Of a stretch of DNA of 64,000 bases, positions 37,347 through 50,240 are shown piece after piece. The translations under genes were made by a program, and so were the position numbers. The DNA is taken from the NCBI GenBank assembly GCA_951406725.2, contig OX597814.1, forward strand, positions 81,592,001-81,656,000. The letters are read 5' to 3'. Position 1 is the first letter of the stretch. Each line of letters begins with the position of its first letter. The stretch is from Octopus vulgaris (lineage: Eukaryota). Under the pieces are notes generated by a model. The model was given only the letters and a program-made list of their open reading frames with translations, searched no databases and was not told where the DNA came from.

Positions 37347-38586
37347 CATGGGTTGGACAAAATAATGGAAACACCTAGCATCATAGCATAATAATTTTGA
37401 AATATCCATAAAACCATCAAATGCTTGTTTATTTTTATGTTTTTTGATTTACTATTAGTGTTGCTTAATATGTTTTGCTAAAATTGCTGTTTCTTTTCCG
37501 ATATCATCAGAAAAAGGTAAATAAAATTCATTAAAATGACAGATCTATCAAACTTTCAAAGAGGTCAAATTGTTGGTGCTTGTATGGCAGGTGCTAGCAT
37601 AAAAAAAAAACAGCTGCAATGTTTGGTGTATCAAGAAGTACTTTCTTGAAAGTAATGACAGCCTTTGAGAAAGAGGGAAAAACCTCCTTGTCAAAACAAA
37701 ACTCTAGAGGAAAACCAAAACTTTCAGATACTCTTAGGCGAATTGTTAGAAAGGATCACAAAAGTACAGCTCCCAAAATTACTGCAGAGCTTAATGACCA
37801 CCTCAAGAACCCAGTTTCCACAAAAGCTATTTGCTGGGAGTTGCACAAAGCTGGATTTCAGAGGAGGGCTGAAATCAGAAAACCACAACTTTCAAAAACA
37901 AAAGTTGCAAAGCATTTAGAGTAGAGTAAAAACCTATGGAATTGGTCCCTAGAGCAGTGGGAAAATTTTCTTTTCTTGGACGAGTCATCCTTTACCTTAT
38001 TTCTGACCACCGGCCGCGTATACATGTGGAGACAGCCAAAAGAAGCATTTGACCCTGACTGTCTTCTTTCAAATGTTAAACACGGAAGATGATCTGGGGA
38101 GGTTATATCTAGGAAATCCGCTGGCCCAGTGGTTACCTTACATGGCAGAATTAACAGTCAAGACTATTTAAACATTTTATCTGATCAAATTCCTCCTATG
38201 GTTGCAGAACTGCTTCTGGAGGGAAACGCAATCTTTCAGGATGATAATGCACCAATTCACACAGCTAAAGTTATTACTGAATGGCATGAGGTACATTCTC
38301 GTGAAGTTAAACATCTTACCTGGCCACCACATTCCCCAGATCTCAATATTATTGAACATTTATGGGGCATTTTAGAAAAACAGGTAAGGAGTCGATATCA
38401 TCCGCCAAGAACTGAAGACTGTTTTAGCTGCAGAATGGACAAAAATTCCTTTGGAAGCAAGTCAAACTTTGTACATCTCTATACCTTGTAGAATTCAAGC
38501 TGTAATTACTGCCAAAGGCAGTACTACCCCATATTAAAATAAATTTGTTCAAACTTTTAACATGTTTCCATTATTTTGTCCAACCC

Positions 38587-38589
<3 letters not shown>
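37347..38589 (+). mobile_element. Tc1-family DNA transposon with DD36E spacing, pseudogenised transposase, both TIRs
   Basis: TIR CA(T)GGGTTGGACAAAATAATGGAAACA / TGTTTCCATTATTTTGTCCAACCCCTG|TA. Transposase MTDLSNFQRGQIVG…FLDESSF…FQDDNAPIH…SPDLNIIE. Confidence 0.95.
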
Positions 38590-38626
<37 letters not shown>

Positions 38627-38928
38627 TCTTCTTATCAGAAAAAGAGATGACACAGAAAAAACAATGGTTATGTTATAAACTTCATTAGCTTACAGCTGTT
38701 TCAGCTAAAAGATGCAATGGACTCATAGTTGAGTGCCTGAATACCATCCTTCAGCGTCATTGGAACCTCAAATTTGAAGTTCAATTTATTTGGGAAAGAA
38801 GAATTACATTTTTGCAAAATACAGGGAAGTCATTACCAATGAGATAATCATTACTGATGTATATACAAAAGTGTATGTCCAAAAAGCAATTAGATTTACA
38901 AGTAGAAAATGTAGAAAAAATATATGTA

Positions 38929-39812
38929 CAAGGTCTGATCAATAAGTATCTGGACTGTTGCCATAGTAACAAAGCTAAAGCATGCAAAGTGAAGCTGCTC
39001 AGCAAAAATTGACCTTGAACTCTGTTGTGCATGTGCACTAAGTTTTAATGTTCCAGCTCACTTCGCTGTTTACAGCAGTGCTTGGTGTGTAGTGTGTGAT
39101 CATCACATTGACCAAGACAGAGAAAGTTGTCATGGCAATACCTGCTCAGAGGCCTACACAATGTTGCAGAAAGTGTATAGAGGGGAGTGTATGAGCCACA
39201 CACAAGTGTACAAGTGTTTCAGATGTTTCCAAGATGGCCGAAAAAATGTTGATATTAATGAAATCTCTTGGAGACCCACAACCAGCAGAACTGAGAAAAA
39301 CATCACAGATGAGCATGCAGCTGTGAGGGGAAATCATCAAATCACCATCCAAGAGTTATCAGAGGATGTGCAGATTAGTTACACTTCAGTTCAGTCCATT
39401 ATCACTGAAGATTTGGGTATGAGATGCATGTCTGCCAAGTTTGTGCCAAAACTGCTTTCAGCTAACCAAAAGGACACTCAGGTTTCAGTTGCACAAAATC
39501 TCCTTGATTGTGTCAAGAATGATGAGAACTTTTTGAAAATTTTGCGTAGGCCTCCGAGCAGATATCGCCAAGCTTTTGGCAAAACTTGATGCAAATTCTC
39601 TGCTCAACTTTCAGTCATGGTCAATGCGATGATTACATGCTATACACGTTCCTTCCAAGCACTGCTGTAAACAATGGAAGTGAGCTAGAACATTAAAACT
39701 TAGTGTGCATGCACAGCAAAGTTCAAGGTCAATATGTGCCAAGTAGTTTCACTCTGCATGCTTTAGCATCGTTACTATGGCAATAGTCTGGATACTTATT
39801 GATCAGACAACG
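38929..39812 (+). mobile_element. Non-autonomous mariner with fold-back (5' end duplicated in inverted orientation)
   Basis: TA-flanked TIR CAAGGTCTGATCAATAAGTAT / ATACTTATTGATCAGACAACG. HTH half of the transposase (ORF 39092..39589, SAKFVPKLL). Inverted arms of about 230-270 bp. Confidence 0.92.
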
Positions 39813-40149
39813 TATATATACACACATGCACAAGCACTTGAAAAATGCATGCTCTACACAGACGAACATATACACATTACATAAACACACAGAAAAAAGA
39901 AAAACAATGGAGACAAACCAAGAGCGATCCACACTCATACACACACAGACATATATTCTTCTTGATGCCATGTAAAAAGCACACAGTCCACTCTATAAAG
40001 TGGTTAGTGTTATAAAGGGCATCCAGTTGTAAAAACCATACCAAACAGACAGTGAACCCTGGTGCAGTCTTCTGCCTAGCCAGCTCCTGTCAAACAATAA
40101 ATTCTATGCCAGCATGGAAAATGGACATTAAATGATGATAATATCCTTT

Positions 40150-40735
40150 GTTTTTCACATAACATATCACTTTATTTTATGTCTTCGCAATTTTGTTTAC
40201 AGCTGTTAGTTCATGTCAATTTTAACATGGAGTGCAAAAACGAACACTTTTGCCATATTTTGCTTCTTTATTTCCATAAAGGTAAGAAAGCTGCTGAGGC
40301 TCACAAAGAGATGTGTGAAGTTTATGGTGTTGATTGCTTAATAGAACGCACATATCAGAAATGGTTTTAAAAATTCCGTTCTGGAGATTTTTCACTCAAA
40401 GATGACCAATGTTCTGGTTGACCTACTGAAGTTGATGATGACTGAATCAAAGCCATAATTGAATTTGATTGTCATATAATTGTGCAAGAGATTGCAGAGA
40501 GGTTAAATGTATCACACACAACAATTGAAAATCACTTAAAATGTCTTGGACTCATTAAGAAGCTTGATATTTGGGTTCTATGTAAATTGAAAGAGATTCA
40601 CTTAACACAACAAATCAATATTTGCGATATGCCTCTCAAACACAAGGAAATCAACCATTTTTTGAAACGAATTATCACTGGTAATGAAAAATAAATTGTC
40701 TACAATAACATCAATCAAAACGATCATGGTCCATG
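40150..40735 (+). mobile_element. Mariner transposase 5' remnant
   Basis: MECKNEHFCHILLLYFHKGKKAAEA…KFRSGDFSL…KKLDIWV…FLKRIITGNEK*IVY from ATG 40227; multiple stops. Confidence 0.9.
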
Positions 40736-41352
40736 TGTGTAGTAAAACAGAGTGATCTGCTTTAATGATGTATATCAAATCGCAACCAACAATTCAGTAA
40801 AACAAATAGTTGTCACTGCCCTCCTCCTCCTCCTCATTGTCTTCATCATCATCATGACGGTTATTATTATTATTATTTCATAAGGTGTCAAGTTGGCAGA
40901 ATTGTTAGCACACCGAGCAAAATGCTTAGCGATATTTCATCATCTTTACATTCTGAGTTAAAATACAGTTGAGGTCAACTTTGCCTTTCAATCCCTTCAG
41001 GGTCAATAAACAAGTACCAGTTGAGGACTGGGGTTGATGTAATTGACTATCCCCCTCCCCAAAATTTCAAGCCTTGTGTCTACAGCAGAAAGGACTATTA
41101 TTATTATTTCAATGTCTATTTTTCCATGCTTATATTAGTCAGATGAAAGTTCATGGAGGCTGAATGTTTATCTGGTTGCCAATTCTCACTTATTTCCAAG
41201 TGAAGTAACATTTCCCCATATCTATCAAACAACAAACAGCTCAGACATACTCTCATGGAGCATTGTAAACAAAAGACAAAATTTATTCGAGCAGTGTCAC
41301 TTTGTTTACAATCAGTGCACACATGTCAAGACAAGAGGAATACACACACACA

Positions 41353-41399
<47 letters not shown>

Positions 41400-41626
41400 G
41401 CACACATACACACACACACACACATAGAAGGTTTCTTTACATGTATCAAATTTCATTTGTGATGTAACTGGTCAGTCTGTGGCTATGGTAGAGAACACCA
41501 GCCAACAGTGTCCATGCAATGAGAGCAAATTCCAAACCACGTCATTCTGAAGTCAACTTCTCAACCGCACAACTATATTTGTATCAATTAAACAAATTGT
41601 TAGAAATTCTTTATATTCACACATAC

Positions 41627-41701
41627 CTCTATTGTAGGGTCTTTAGCAAAAAAGTTAAGCATTTCTGATTTACCAGCACCAATGTTTCCTTCAACACAGA
41701 T
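41627..41701 (-). CDS. TK2: TK2 exon 3 with P-loop (ICVEGNIGAGKSEMLNFFAKDPTIE)
   Basis: cattttcacag| acceptor, |gtatgt donor, 75 nt; deoxynucleoside-kinase P-loop EGNIGAGKS. Confidence 0.95.
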
Positions 41702-44700
41702 CTGTGAAAATGTTGAATAAAAAAAAAAAAAAAAACATTATTCATTATGTACGGTTACTGTTTACATCTCATTCAGAGACTTATTATTAATTTATATATT
41801 ATTTTTGTTTAGTTGTAAGTATTTTTCCACGTTTTTATGGATCAGAGATCCTTTGCAGAAAGCAATTCTTGTTTATAATTGAGAGGTCGTCCAACCACAC
41901 AACCTCCAAATAAGAGTGGTAGTTTGTCAGGCAGGTAAACTGGATCAAGCAGACGTTTCAAGTAGAGCTGTACATTGGTATAGATGCAGACTACCACTTA
42001 CTTCCTTGGATCCAATTGTTTCACTGTGATACTCTGTATATAATTTATCTGGATTTAATTTTTGTGCTGAGAACATTTACCAGTGGGACTAGAGAATCGA
42101 TGTAAATTGACAGTTGCCTCCCTTGTTAATTGCACGATTACATTTTTTTAAATCTTTTAAAGGAAATAATTGAAAGTTGGAGAAAAAATAAAAAAAGGAT
42201 CAGAATGATGCCAACTGAGAAAAATATAAGTGAAGATGCATCATCATCATCGTCATCGTCGTCATCATCATCATCGTTTAACATCCGCCTTTCGTGCTTG
42301 CATGGGTGGAACAAACATAGTTAATGTAATGAACTAGTAAATAATGTAAAATTACACAAGTAATGAAGAGAAAAAGTAATAAACTTAGAACAAATTTATA
42401 TCAGAGAAAATGAAAGAACAATAACTGCTTGATTATTTATATGGCCATTTAATCATCAACATCGTTTAACGCCCGTTTTCCATGCTGGTATGGGTTGAAC
42501 GGTTCGACTAGAATCTGGGAAGCCAGGAGGCTGCATCAAGCTCCAATCTGATCTGGCAGTGTTTCTACGGCTGGATGCCCTTCCTAACGCCAACCACTCC
42601 ATGAGTGTAATGGAAGCTTTTATGTGCCAGAGGAGGCTGGCATCAACCCGTTTGGATGGGGCTTTTGCATGTCACCAGCACGGGAGCCAGTCAAGGCGGC
42701 GCAGGCATCAGCCACAATTGGATGGCGCTTTTTACGTGCCACTAGCACAGGTGGCCAGTCGGGGCGATGAGTCTGGCACTGACCACATTTAGATGGTGAG
42801 TCATTACAATATACAAGAAACATACAGCTACATTGAGTTGTTTGTTTATTTGTACACACATTGTCATTTGTTGACGCAATAACATATTCTCTGGTTCCAC
42901 AGGTCATTGTGTGTTAGTAATCCAGTTTCATCTCGGTTACTACTAGAGAAAGACAAAATAAAAGAAACAAAGATACACAGAAATAATGCAAATTCTATGT
43001 TTGCACACACAGTGAGAAATTTTTGCTCCTCAGCCACTCAGGGGCCAGCCAAAAGAGGTTGACTGATATTTGCTTGTGTTTTTATAACTTGCTGGTAACT
43101 GAATTAGGTCAGCTAGAACAACAGAGTTCTTTCCTTATACTAGTTCTGATTGAGGAATGACTCAAGAAAGATCAAGGTCAGTACATTCCCATTAGTCTCT
43201 GAGTGCAAAAAGTTAAAACAAGAGACTGAGGATTTATTTGACAACATATAAAAATGTAGATTTGGTTTCAAATCCCAACTTAAACTTAATGATTAATTCT
43301 GAGTGACAATGATTTCAAAGTTACACATAAAGCTAGCCATTTTGAGGGGAGGAGGGATTAGCCAAAAACCATTGTCTCCACTACTTGACCAGTACAATAT
43401 TTTATCAATCAGATAGATGAAAGGCTAAATTGACCTCTGCAGGATTTGAATTCAAGGTGTAAACAGTCTGGACAAATACTGCAAAGCAATTCTGACTTTC
43501 TGATAATTCTGGCAGCTCACCAACAATTTAAATCAATAAAAATTAGTTAATGCCAAGGGAAATATTATTGGCTCCATCTAAATATGCAATCAACTTAGCC
43601 ATTTATACATTTGCCTGCAGTTTAACCTTAATCCTAACCCAGACCAAATAATTTCAAGGTATAGACTACAGATAAGTGAATGCAATATGTACTTTTGCAA
43701 TATGGTATGATATGATCTGAGGGAGATTTGATTGCTTTTTCTAGCAATCTGAGAAACCACATAAAGATTCACTGCCTCACAGAGACAGAAAATGATGAAT
43801 GTAATAATTTTCTGCTCTCTCAAACACAACACCAAACTTTCAGGAGTAAAGTTCCTTCCTGAGTTATATAAACTCATAGGGCCAGTCTCCCAGTTTCCAT
43901 GGCATATATTCCCCACCTGGACGGGAAGCCAGTTTGCTACACGATTACTCACTTTTGCCAGCTGAGTGGACTGGAGCAATGTGAAATAAAGTGCTTTGCT
44001 CAAGAACACAACACATCGCCCAGTCCAGGAATTGAAACCACAATCTTACGAGCATGAGTCCAACACCCTAACCACTAAGCCAAATGCCTGCACCAGTAAT
44101 AATAAACCGGTATCATTTATACTAATGTACAGGTACTTGTATTTCATCTAATTATTTATGTAAATTTAATATTTACTGGATTTAGAATGTGTTGACCAAA
44201 GTAGTTACCCTTTGTTCAAAAAATATCAGTAATCCATAAAAATATTGGGGGAAACGAAATTTCCGGAAAATCGCTGGTGTACTTGTATTGGTATGTCCCA
44301 ATATGTATCTCTTCGCCAGACTACCATTTTGTTTCTTTTGTTTCTTTTTTATTTTGAGAACCCTTATAATAGACTACTACTCACATAAAACTCTCACATG
44401 ACCACAGTCATAAATATAGCAGATGCCATAGCAAAATGAAAGTATTTTATTAAATTTACTGTTATCGAAGTGATAATCAAGAATATTCTTAAATATATTT
44501 CTTTACTACCCACAAGGGGCCAACTAGTCACTTATATCTCAAGGAAGTGACTAAAATCATATCAGGAGTTGCTTCCCATGCTTACCAGACTAATCAAATA
44601 TTAAGCAGTGTGTTCCTCATTGAATATACATTTCTAATAGGCTTTTGAGACTATTTTTATCTTATACTTTACTTGTTTCAGCCATTAGTCTGCGGCCATG

Positions 44701-45239
44701 ATGGGGCACGGCCTTAAAGGATTTTTAGTCGAATGAATGGGCCCTAGTACTTATTTATTTATCTATTTTTCCTTTCGTGAAGTCTGGTACCTATTCTATT
44801 GGTTTCTTTTGCCAAACCATTAAGTTACAGGGATGGTAACACACTAACCCTGGTTATCAAGCGGTGGTGGTGGAACAGAGACGAAGGCACACACACACAT
44901 ACACACACACACACATACACACACACACATACAATGGGCTTCTTTCAGTTTCCGTCAAATAAATCCACTCACAAGGCTTTGGTCAGCCCGACGCTATAGT
45001 AGAAGACACTTGCTCAAGGTGCCACACAGTGGGACTGAACCCAGAACCATGTGGTTGGGAAGCAAGCTTCTTTATTTCATAAAATTGGCTATGCAGCCTT
45101 ACAAAGATGAAGAAGCTGCAGGCTGGATAAAGACATAATGATAATGGAATGAAAAAAATGGTTGGTGGGAGGAGCAGACAATGCCTGCCAATTGTCGCTT
45201 CTCACAAACGTTGTTCTTTTTTTTTCCAATAAAACAAAA

Positions 45240-45838
45240 TGAGGTATTGAACCTCTTACCTTAGTTCAAAGAATGGATGCAATCACCCTTACAAATTGAG
45301 GCACTGAGCCTCTTACCAAAAATACAAATTCAAATTGAGACACTAAGGCCTCTTACCTTTCCTCCCCAACCAGGCTGTATGCCTCCCGCAGGCAATCCTG
45401 CAGTTCCAAGTCGGAGCTCCAAAAAGCAAACCTATATTGGTTCTTTGGAAAGGAGTCCATCACTCTGAACATATCAAGTTCTTCTTAATATGGCCAGATT
45501 CCAGGCACAGGTGACACTTGATGGGGGGGGGGGGGCATCTCTCAAGTATCACTGGGTATTGCAACCAGCCATTTTCAGAAAATCTAGAAATACCAGATCT
45601 TTAGTGACTTATTGGGACCACAGGGTCAAAATCGCTTTTGACCCCACCCAATCAGCCAATCAGGGTTCGCATTAGGCAAGAAGTTGAAAATTCTTTTGGC
45701 CCATGACACTCCATGGACCCTAAGTAAGGCTTGTGCAAAATTTGAATGAAATCAGTTGGGCAGTTCTCGAGTTTTAGTGATGCAGACAGACAGACAGACA
45801 GACACACATTCTCTGTTTTATATATATATATATATACA
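45240..45838 (-). mobile_element. Non-autonomous Helitron-like element
   Basis: Minus-strand 5' TATATATAAAACAGAGAATGTGTGTCTGTCTGTCTG plus a CAAAATTTGAATGAAATCAGTT block, resembling non-autonomous Helitron 5' ends. Confidence 0.5.
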
Positions 45839-46769
45839 GATTATTTTCACTTTTCAAATATTGCTTTATTTAATTTTATTTGAAGGTAATAAATATTTTC
45901 TTTTTGAAAATTAGTATTCATTTCATCATTTTATATAATCAGTAAGAAATTTGATAAAAGTTAAATTATAGTTATAGAATGTATGCCATATTTCTTGATA
46001 TTACCCATGGTGACAAAGGTATACTTCCAAAGTCATCTGTCATAGGATAAAAAACACTTCAGTACATCAAATATATTACATGAGAAAACCTGTAGTGTGG
46101 AAAATTAATGTAAAACTGTGGGCAAAATTTTTCACTCCTATATTCAATGCACCTTCGACAGTGACATGTGTGCTGGTGATGCGTAAAAGCATCTGTTCTA
46201 GTGATACATTAATGGCATTCATGCTGGTGACATGTTAATATCACCCAGTACATTCTACAGTGGTTAGTGTTAGGAAGGACATCCTGCCATAGAAGCCAAG
46301 CCCAACCAAACTGAAGCCTGGTGCAACTCTGGTTCACCAGTTCCAGTCAATCTACCTAACGCATGCCAACATGGAAAACGAATGCTAAATAATGACAACA
46401 ACAACAAATAACTTTTAGATGCTGAAGAGTTATGGATGTCATTTGTCTCACAAATGATGACACAACTATAATGAAAGAGACATACACCAATAGCCTTGCC
46501 AAACTGGAGTGACTGAAGAATTTTTCACCATGATGAGGACTTCAAAATATGGAATAAGAGATGGCTGAAGTAATTGAAACAATGTAAAAGTCAAATTACT
46601 GGGAGAAATCTATAGGCTTTTTACCTACAGATGAATGCATTTAATTAAGGAAAGTAAGCCATTATATATTTATCAGGAAAAAAAATATCACATTTCTTTT
46701 ATAATTAGTAATTGCTGCTTAATCCCAGGTCAACCAGCTTCTCAAAGGAATATGTGGAGCTTGCTATCA

Positions 46770-47240
46770 GATTTCAAAATCCACTCTACAAATCATAAGT
46801 AGGTTCACATAACTTTGCAGTACCCTCTCAAAAAACTCATCCATGTAAATGAAGTTAGCAGTAAAACAATGCCAGTTTTGCTGTTGATAAGCTTTGCAAG
46901 AACATTTGAACAGAAAGGGTCTCAGCCCTCTGAACCATGTTGAATGTCTACAGTGCCACTGTTCTGTCAACTTTGCTATATGCTAGTGATATATGGAGTG
47001 TTGACAGCAAGTAGACCATTCCATCTTAAGTGTCTGAGAACAATGCTGCATAGTCATTGGTATGAAAATATCTCAGACACCAAAATCTTTAATTACACAG
47101 TATTGTTTAGCATTCACACTAACTTATGCAGACCTTGGCTTTACTGGTTTGATCACATTACCAGAATGGACAACAAATGCTTTCCAAAATATCTTTTCTA
47201 CAGTTAACAAGAGAAGGGACTAAGAAATTCTAGAGCTGCT
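46770..47240 (+). mobile_element. RTE LINE RT C-terminal remnant
   Basis: NVYSATVLSTLLYASDIW…FHLKCLRTML…WFDHITRMDNKCFPKYLFYS. Confidence 0.75.
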
Positions 47241-47385
47241 AGCACATAATGATGTAGCTCTAACTATGAATGTCCAATGTGTAAGAGAACATTTTAAGGT
47301 GTATTGAGTCTTCAAACCCATAAGTGATATCATATAAGACACTGGAGTAAAATCATTATTATTGTATTCTTTGATGTATACTTAC

Positions 47386-47426
47386 AGATATCTTCTTCAT
47401 ACTGGAATGTTGGTGGCTTTGAAAAT
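47386..47426 (-). CDS. TK2: TK2 exon 2 (NFQSHQHSSMKKIS)
   Basis: ttcttaattctcag| acceptor, |gtaagt donor, 41 nt, phase 1->0. Gives KKISICVEGNIG, like human TK2 KKSVICVEGNIA. Confidence 0.8.
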
Positions 47427-47529
47427 CTGAGAATTAAGAAATTAAAAAGTTAAGTATAGCTGAATAAATGAATAAGTTTAAAGTATAGTTTCCTTTACAA
47501 TAATCGAGGTATTTAAAATGTCATTTTGT

Positions 47530-48025
47530 ATAATAATAATAATAATAATGAAATTATTGTATACAGTGCTCAGGTGCACCACAACTTGTCAGAAAGTGCA
47601 TATAAAGTACATGCAGTAATGTAAAAATGTCTGGAAAGCGAACAATGTATGAGTCAGACACATGCTTGTGTGTGTAAGGAGGGGAGAAAATCAGGTGTAG
47701 TGTTGGTGAATCTCAGAAAGCGTGGAAGTTTTGAAGGATGCAGTGCTCCGACAACTAACAACTGATGCCGGCAGTTTGTCCCATGCTTCAGCAACTCTCA
47801 GCGTGAAAAAATGTTTCCTGAAGTCATGGGAGCTGTGCTGTTTTCTGACTTTGTAAATATGTCCATGGGTGTTAGATGGGTGGAGTTTGAAAAGGTGCTC
47901 AGAGTTATTGTTTGTACGATGGTTGATAATTTTATGGGTGTCTGCCAAGTCAGCTGCCAGACGTCGGAGTTTCAATGTGTCCATGCCCAGGGAAGTAAGG
48001 CGTTCAGGATATGGCAAATGCCTGA
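47530..48025 (-). mobile_element. CR1/L2-type LINE 3' end with (TTA)n tail
   Basis: YPERLTSLGMDTLKLRRLAADL…THGHIYKV…RKHFFTLRVAEAWDKLP, then a 3' UTR ending in TTATTA repeats. Confidence 0.85.
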
Positions 48026-48159
48026 TTCATTTTAAGTTTGAAAAGGGCCACAATATATCAATCATCATTATTTTACATCTGTATTTCTATACATACACAT
48101 GTGGAACAGATTTACATCTGTATTTCTATACATACACAGGTAGAACAGATTTTTCCAGC

Positions 48160-49530
48160 ATAGCATCTGTGATCCTTTAATATCTTCTTTGTGAGGCTCA
48201 ACTTCTTGAGATGAGCCTACACTGCTTTTTCCCCATGTCTTCTTCTTCCAAAGGTTTCCCCTACTTGGATCACTTGGCACTTCTTTATTCACCTATTATC
48301 CTTCATACACATCATGTGTTCATACCAGCACACTCTCCTCTCTCATACACGTCTCATCTAATTCTTCTTATACCCAGTTTTTTTCGGTTCATTCACTAAC
48401 ATAGCATCACACATCCAGTGGAGTATGCTGGCCTATTTTTCTTTCTATCTTTCACATTCAATGCCTATATTTTACTACCACACAATATTGCACATTATAC
48501 ACAAGCATTGTATACAATCTGCTTTTCACTCAGTGATAAAATCTCTTTGTCACCATAAGAGGTAGTATCTTGCTGAACATTCTCTACACTGTTCTTGCTG
48601 CCTTTGCTTTCAGAATACCGACATCCAAAGCTAATTCAGTCATCTAGGGAAGAAAGCAGTCAATAATATCTTGGGATCCTCGAAACACTTCAAAGCATTT
48701 ATTTCATTGGTGGCTGTGCATCTGCAACACACGAAGTTCCTCTCCACCAAATTGTCTGTGATCCTACTGCACCTCTTGTGCACCCAAAATTTGCACTGTA
48801 CTGAATCTCTACCTACTCCTTTTCTGCACATCAAGTACTGCCAGTATCAGATGGCTGTAGAGTCTTGTTTTTTGAGGGGTTTTTTTTAATATGAATAAAA
48901 GCTTTTGTCTCTGCTAGATTTAAGAACTTTCAACTTTAGGCTTTTTTTTTTGCATTTCTAATTTCTTTAATTCTTTCAACAGGTTCAGCTATAAGAACTA
49001 GGTCATAGGCAAACAAATGTTTCCACAGACAACCAGTCAAACTCCTCTGTTACTTCCTGGAGGGCATAATAAACAGAAGGCAGAGAACCAAACCTTTATG
49101 GACACCAACCAGCATATCACATTCCTTGCAGAACAGAACACAGCACCTTATCAAGTACTTCTCACAAATCATCAAATGCTTGGTTTAGTTGCTTGCTCTT
49201 TACTAAAAACTTCTGTAGTTTCTCTATAGGAAAAGGTGATACCCTCTCCTGACACAACTCTGAACCAATGTTCTTCATAATTAGTTGTGCTGTAACTCTT
49301 TCTGCCACATTCATAGACTGATCTATCAGTTTGATGCCTCTGTAATTTCTTCTTCCTAGAGCATGTACCCTTGTAGCAGTTAGTAAGGACACTGTTCTGC
49401 CAGTCACTGGGAATGAATACTTGCTGTACTACTTGACGGAAGAGTGCATTCTATTTCCTTAGATATTTTCAGCATCTTATCAACTGTCTTCTGTAATCTG
49501 AGTGCTTTCTCTGCCTTCACAGCATAAATC
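48160..49530 (-). mobile_element. RTE-type LINE RT remnant
   Basis: RNYRGIKLIDQSMNVAERV; CRKGVG..SVQC..WVHKRCS cysteine-rich insert; many lesions. Confidence 0.8.
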
Positions 49531-50044
49531 TTTTGGGTATCAACCCATCTGAAATTGTCTCTAACTCAATAAAACAAAACCTAGAGTTTTGAACAGATCA
49601 TATTTAAATCAAAATCTTCAAAAATAGATTTATGTAAGATTTTTGTTAAGATCCAAGCACTGAATTGTTGATAATACTGTTTATTTGACCAAATTCCTGC
49701 TTATTTTCATGTTTGGTACTTATTCTATCAATCACTTTTTACCAAACTAGTAATTTACAGGGTTGTAAACAAACCAACATCGATTATCAAGCAGTGATGA
49801 GCAACAAACACAAGCACACATATATACAATGGGCTTCCACAGTTTCCATCTATCAAATTTACTCAAAAGGTATTGATTAACCTGGAGCATGGAAGACATT
49901 TCCCAAGTGGAACTGAACCCAAAACCCTGTTGCAACAAAGTGTACTTAACCACACACAATGTATGTGTGTTACATACATTGTTACAAGGGTACACATCTC
50001 TCTAAGTAGAGAAACTTACTTCTTGACTATTTTCAGGTGAAGCC

Positions 50045-50240
50045 ATGGTGCTGTGGACGATAGAGCATCGCATTTGCCTATAACAGTTACATGAAGAATA
50101 ACAAGTTTGTCACAGCAGCTCAGCATGAGTTTCAGCACCACTTCAACATTCACCAAAAGCAATAACACAATCTTATATTGGGTGAACGCATTTTGTACAC
50201 AAGGTACACTAATGAATAGGAAACTGGTAGGGGTAGTGAA
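50045..50240 (+). mobile_element. DUF4817-type (Tc1/mariner-related) transposase N-terminal remnant
   Basis: MVLWTIEHR…YNSYMKNNKFVTAAQHEFQHHFNI…NNTILYWVNAF across frameshifts. Confidence 0.6.

Noticed and set aside
38685-38760. Minus-strand GAAACAGCTGTA with upstream CTGAAGG, hammerhead-like
   Set aside because: The core deviates from CUGANGA and stems I and II do not pair; at most a dead relic.
45235-45360. Three ~25-bp spaced repeats (GAGG.A.TGA.CCTCTTACC) resembling a CRISPR array
   Set aside because: Degenerate, unevenly spaced, eukaryotic context, no cas genes; they lie within a non-autonomous element.
48072-48149. 39-bp tandem duplication
   Set aside because: A simple local duplication at a LINE junction with no further structure.
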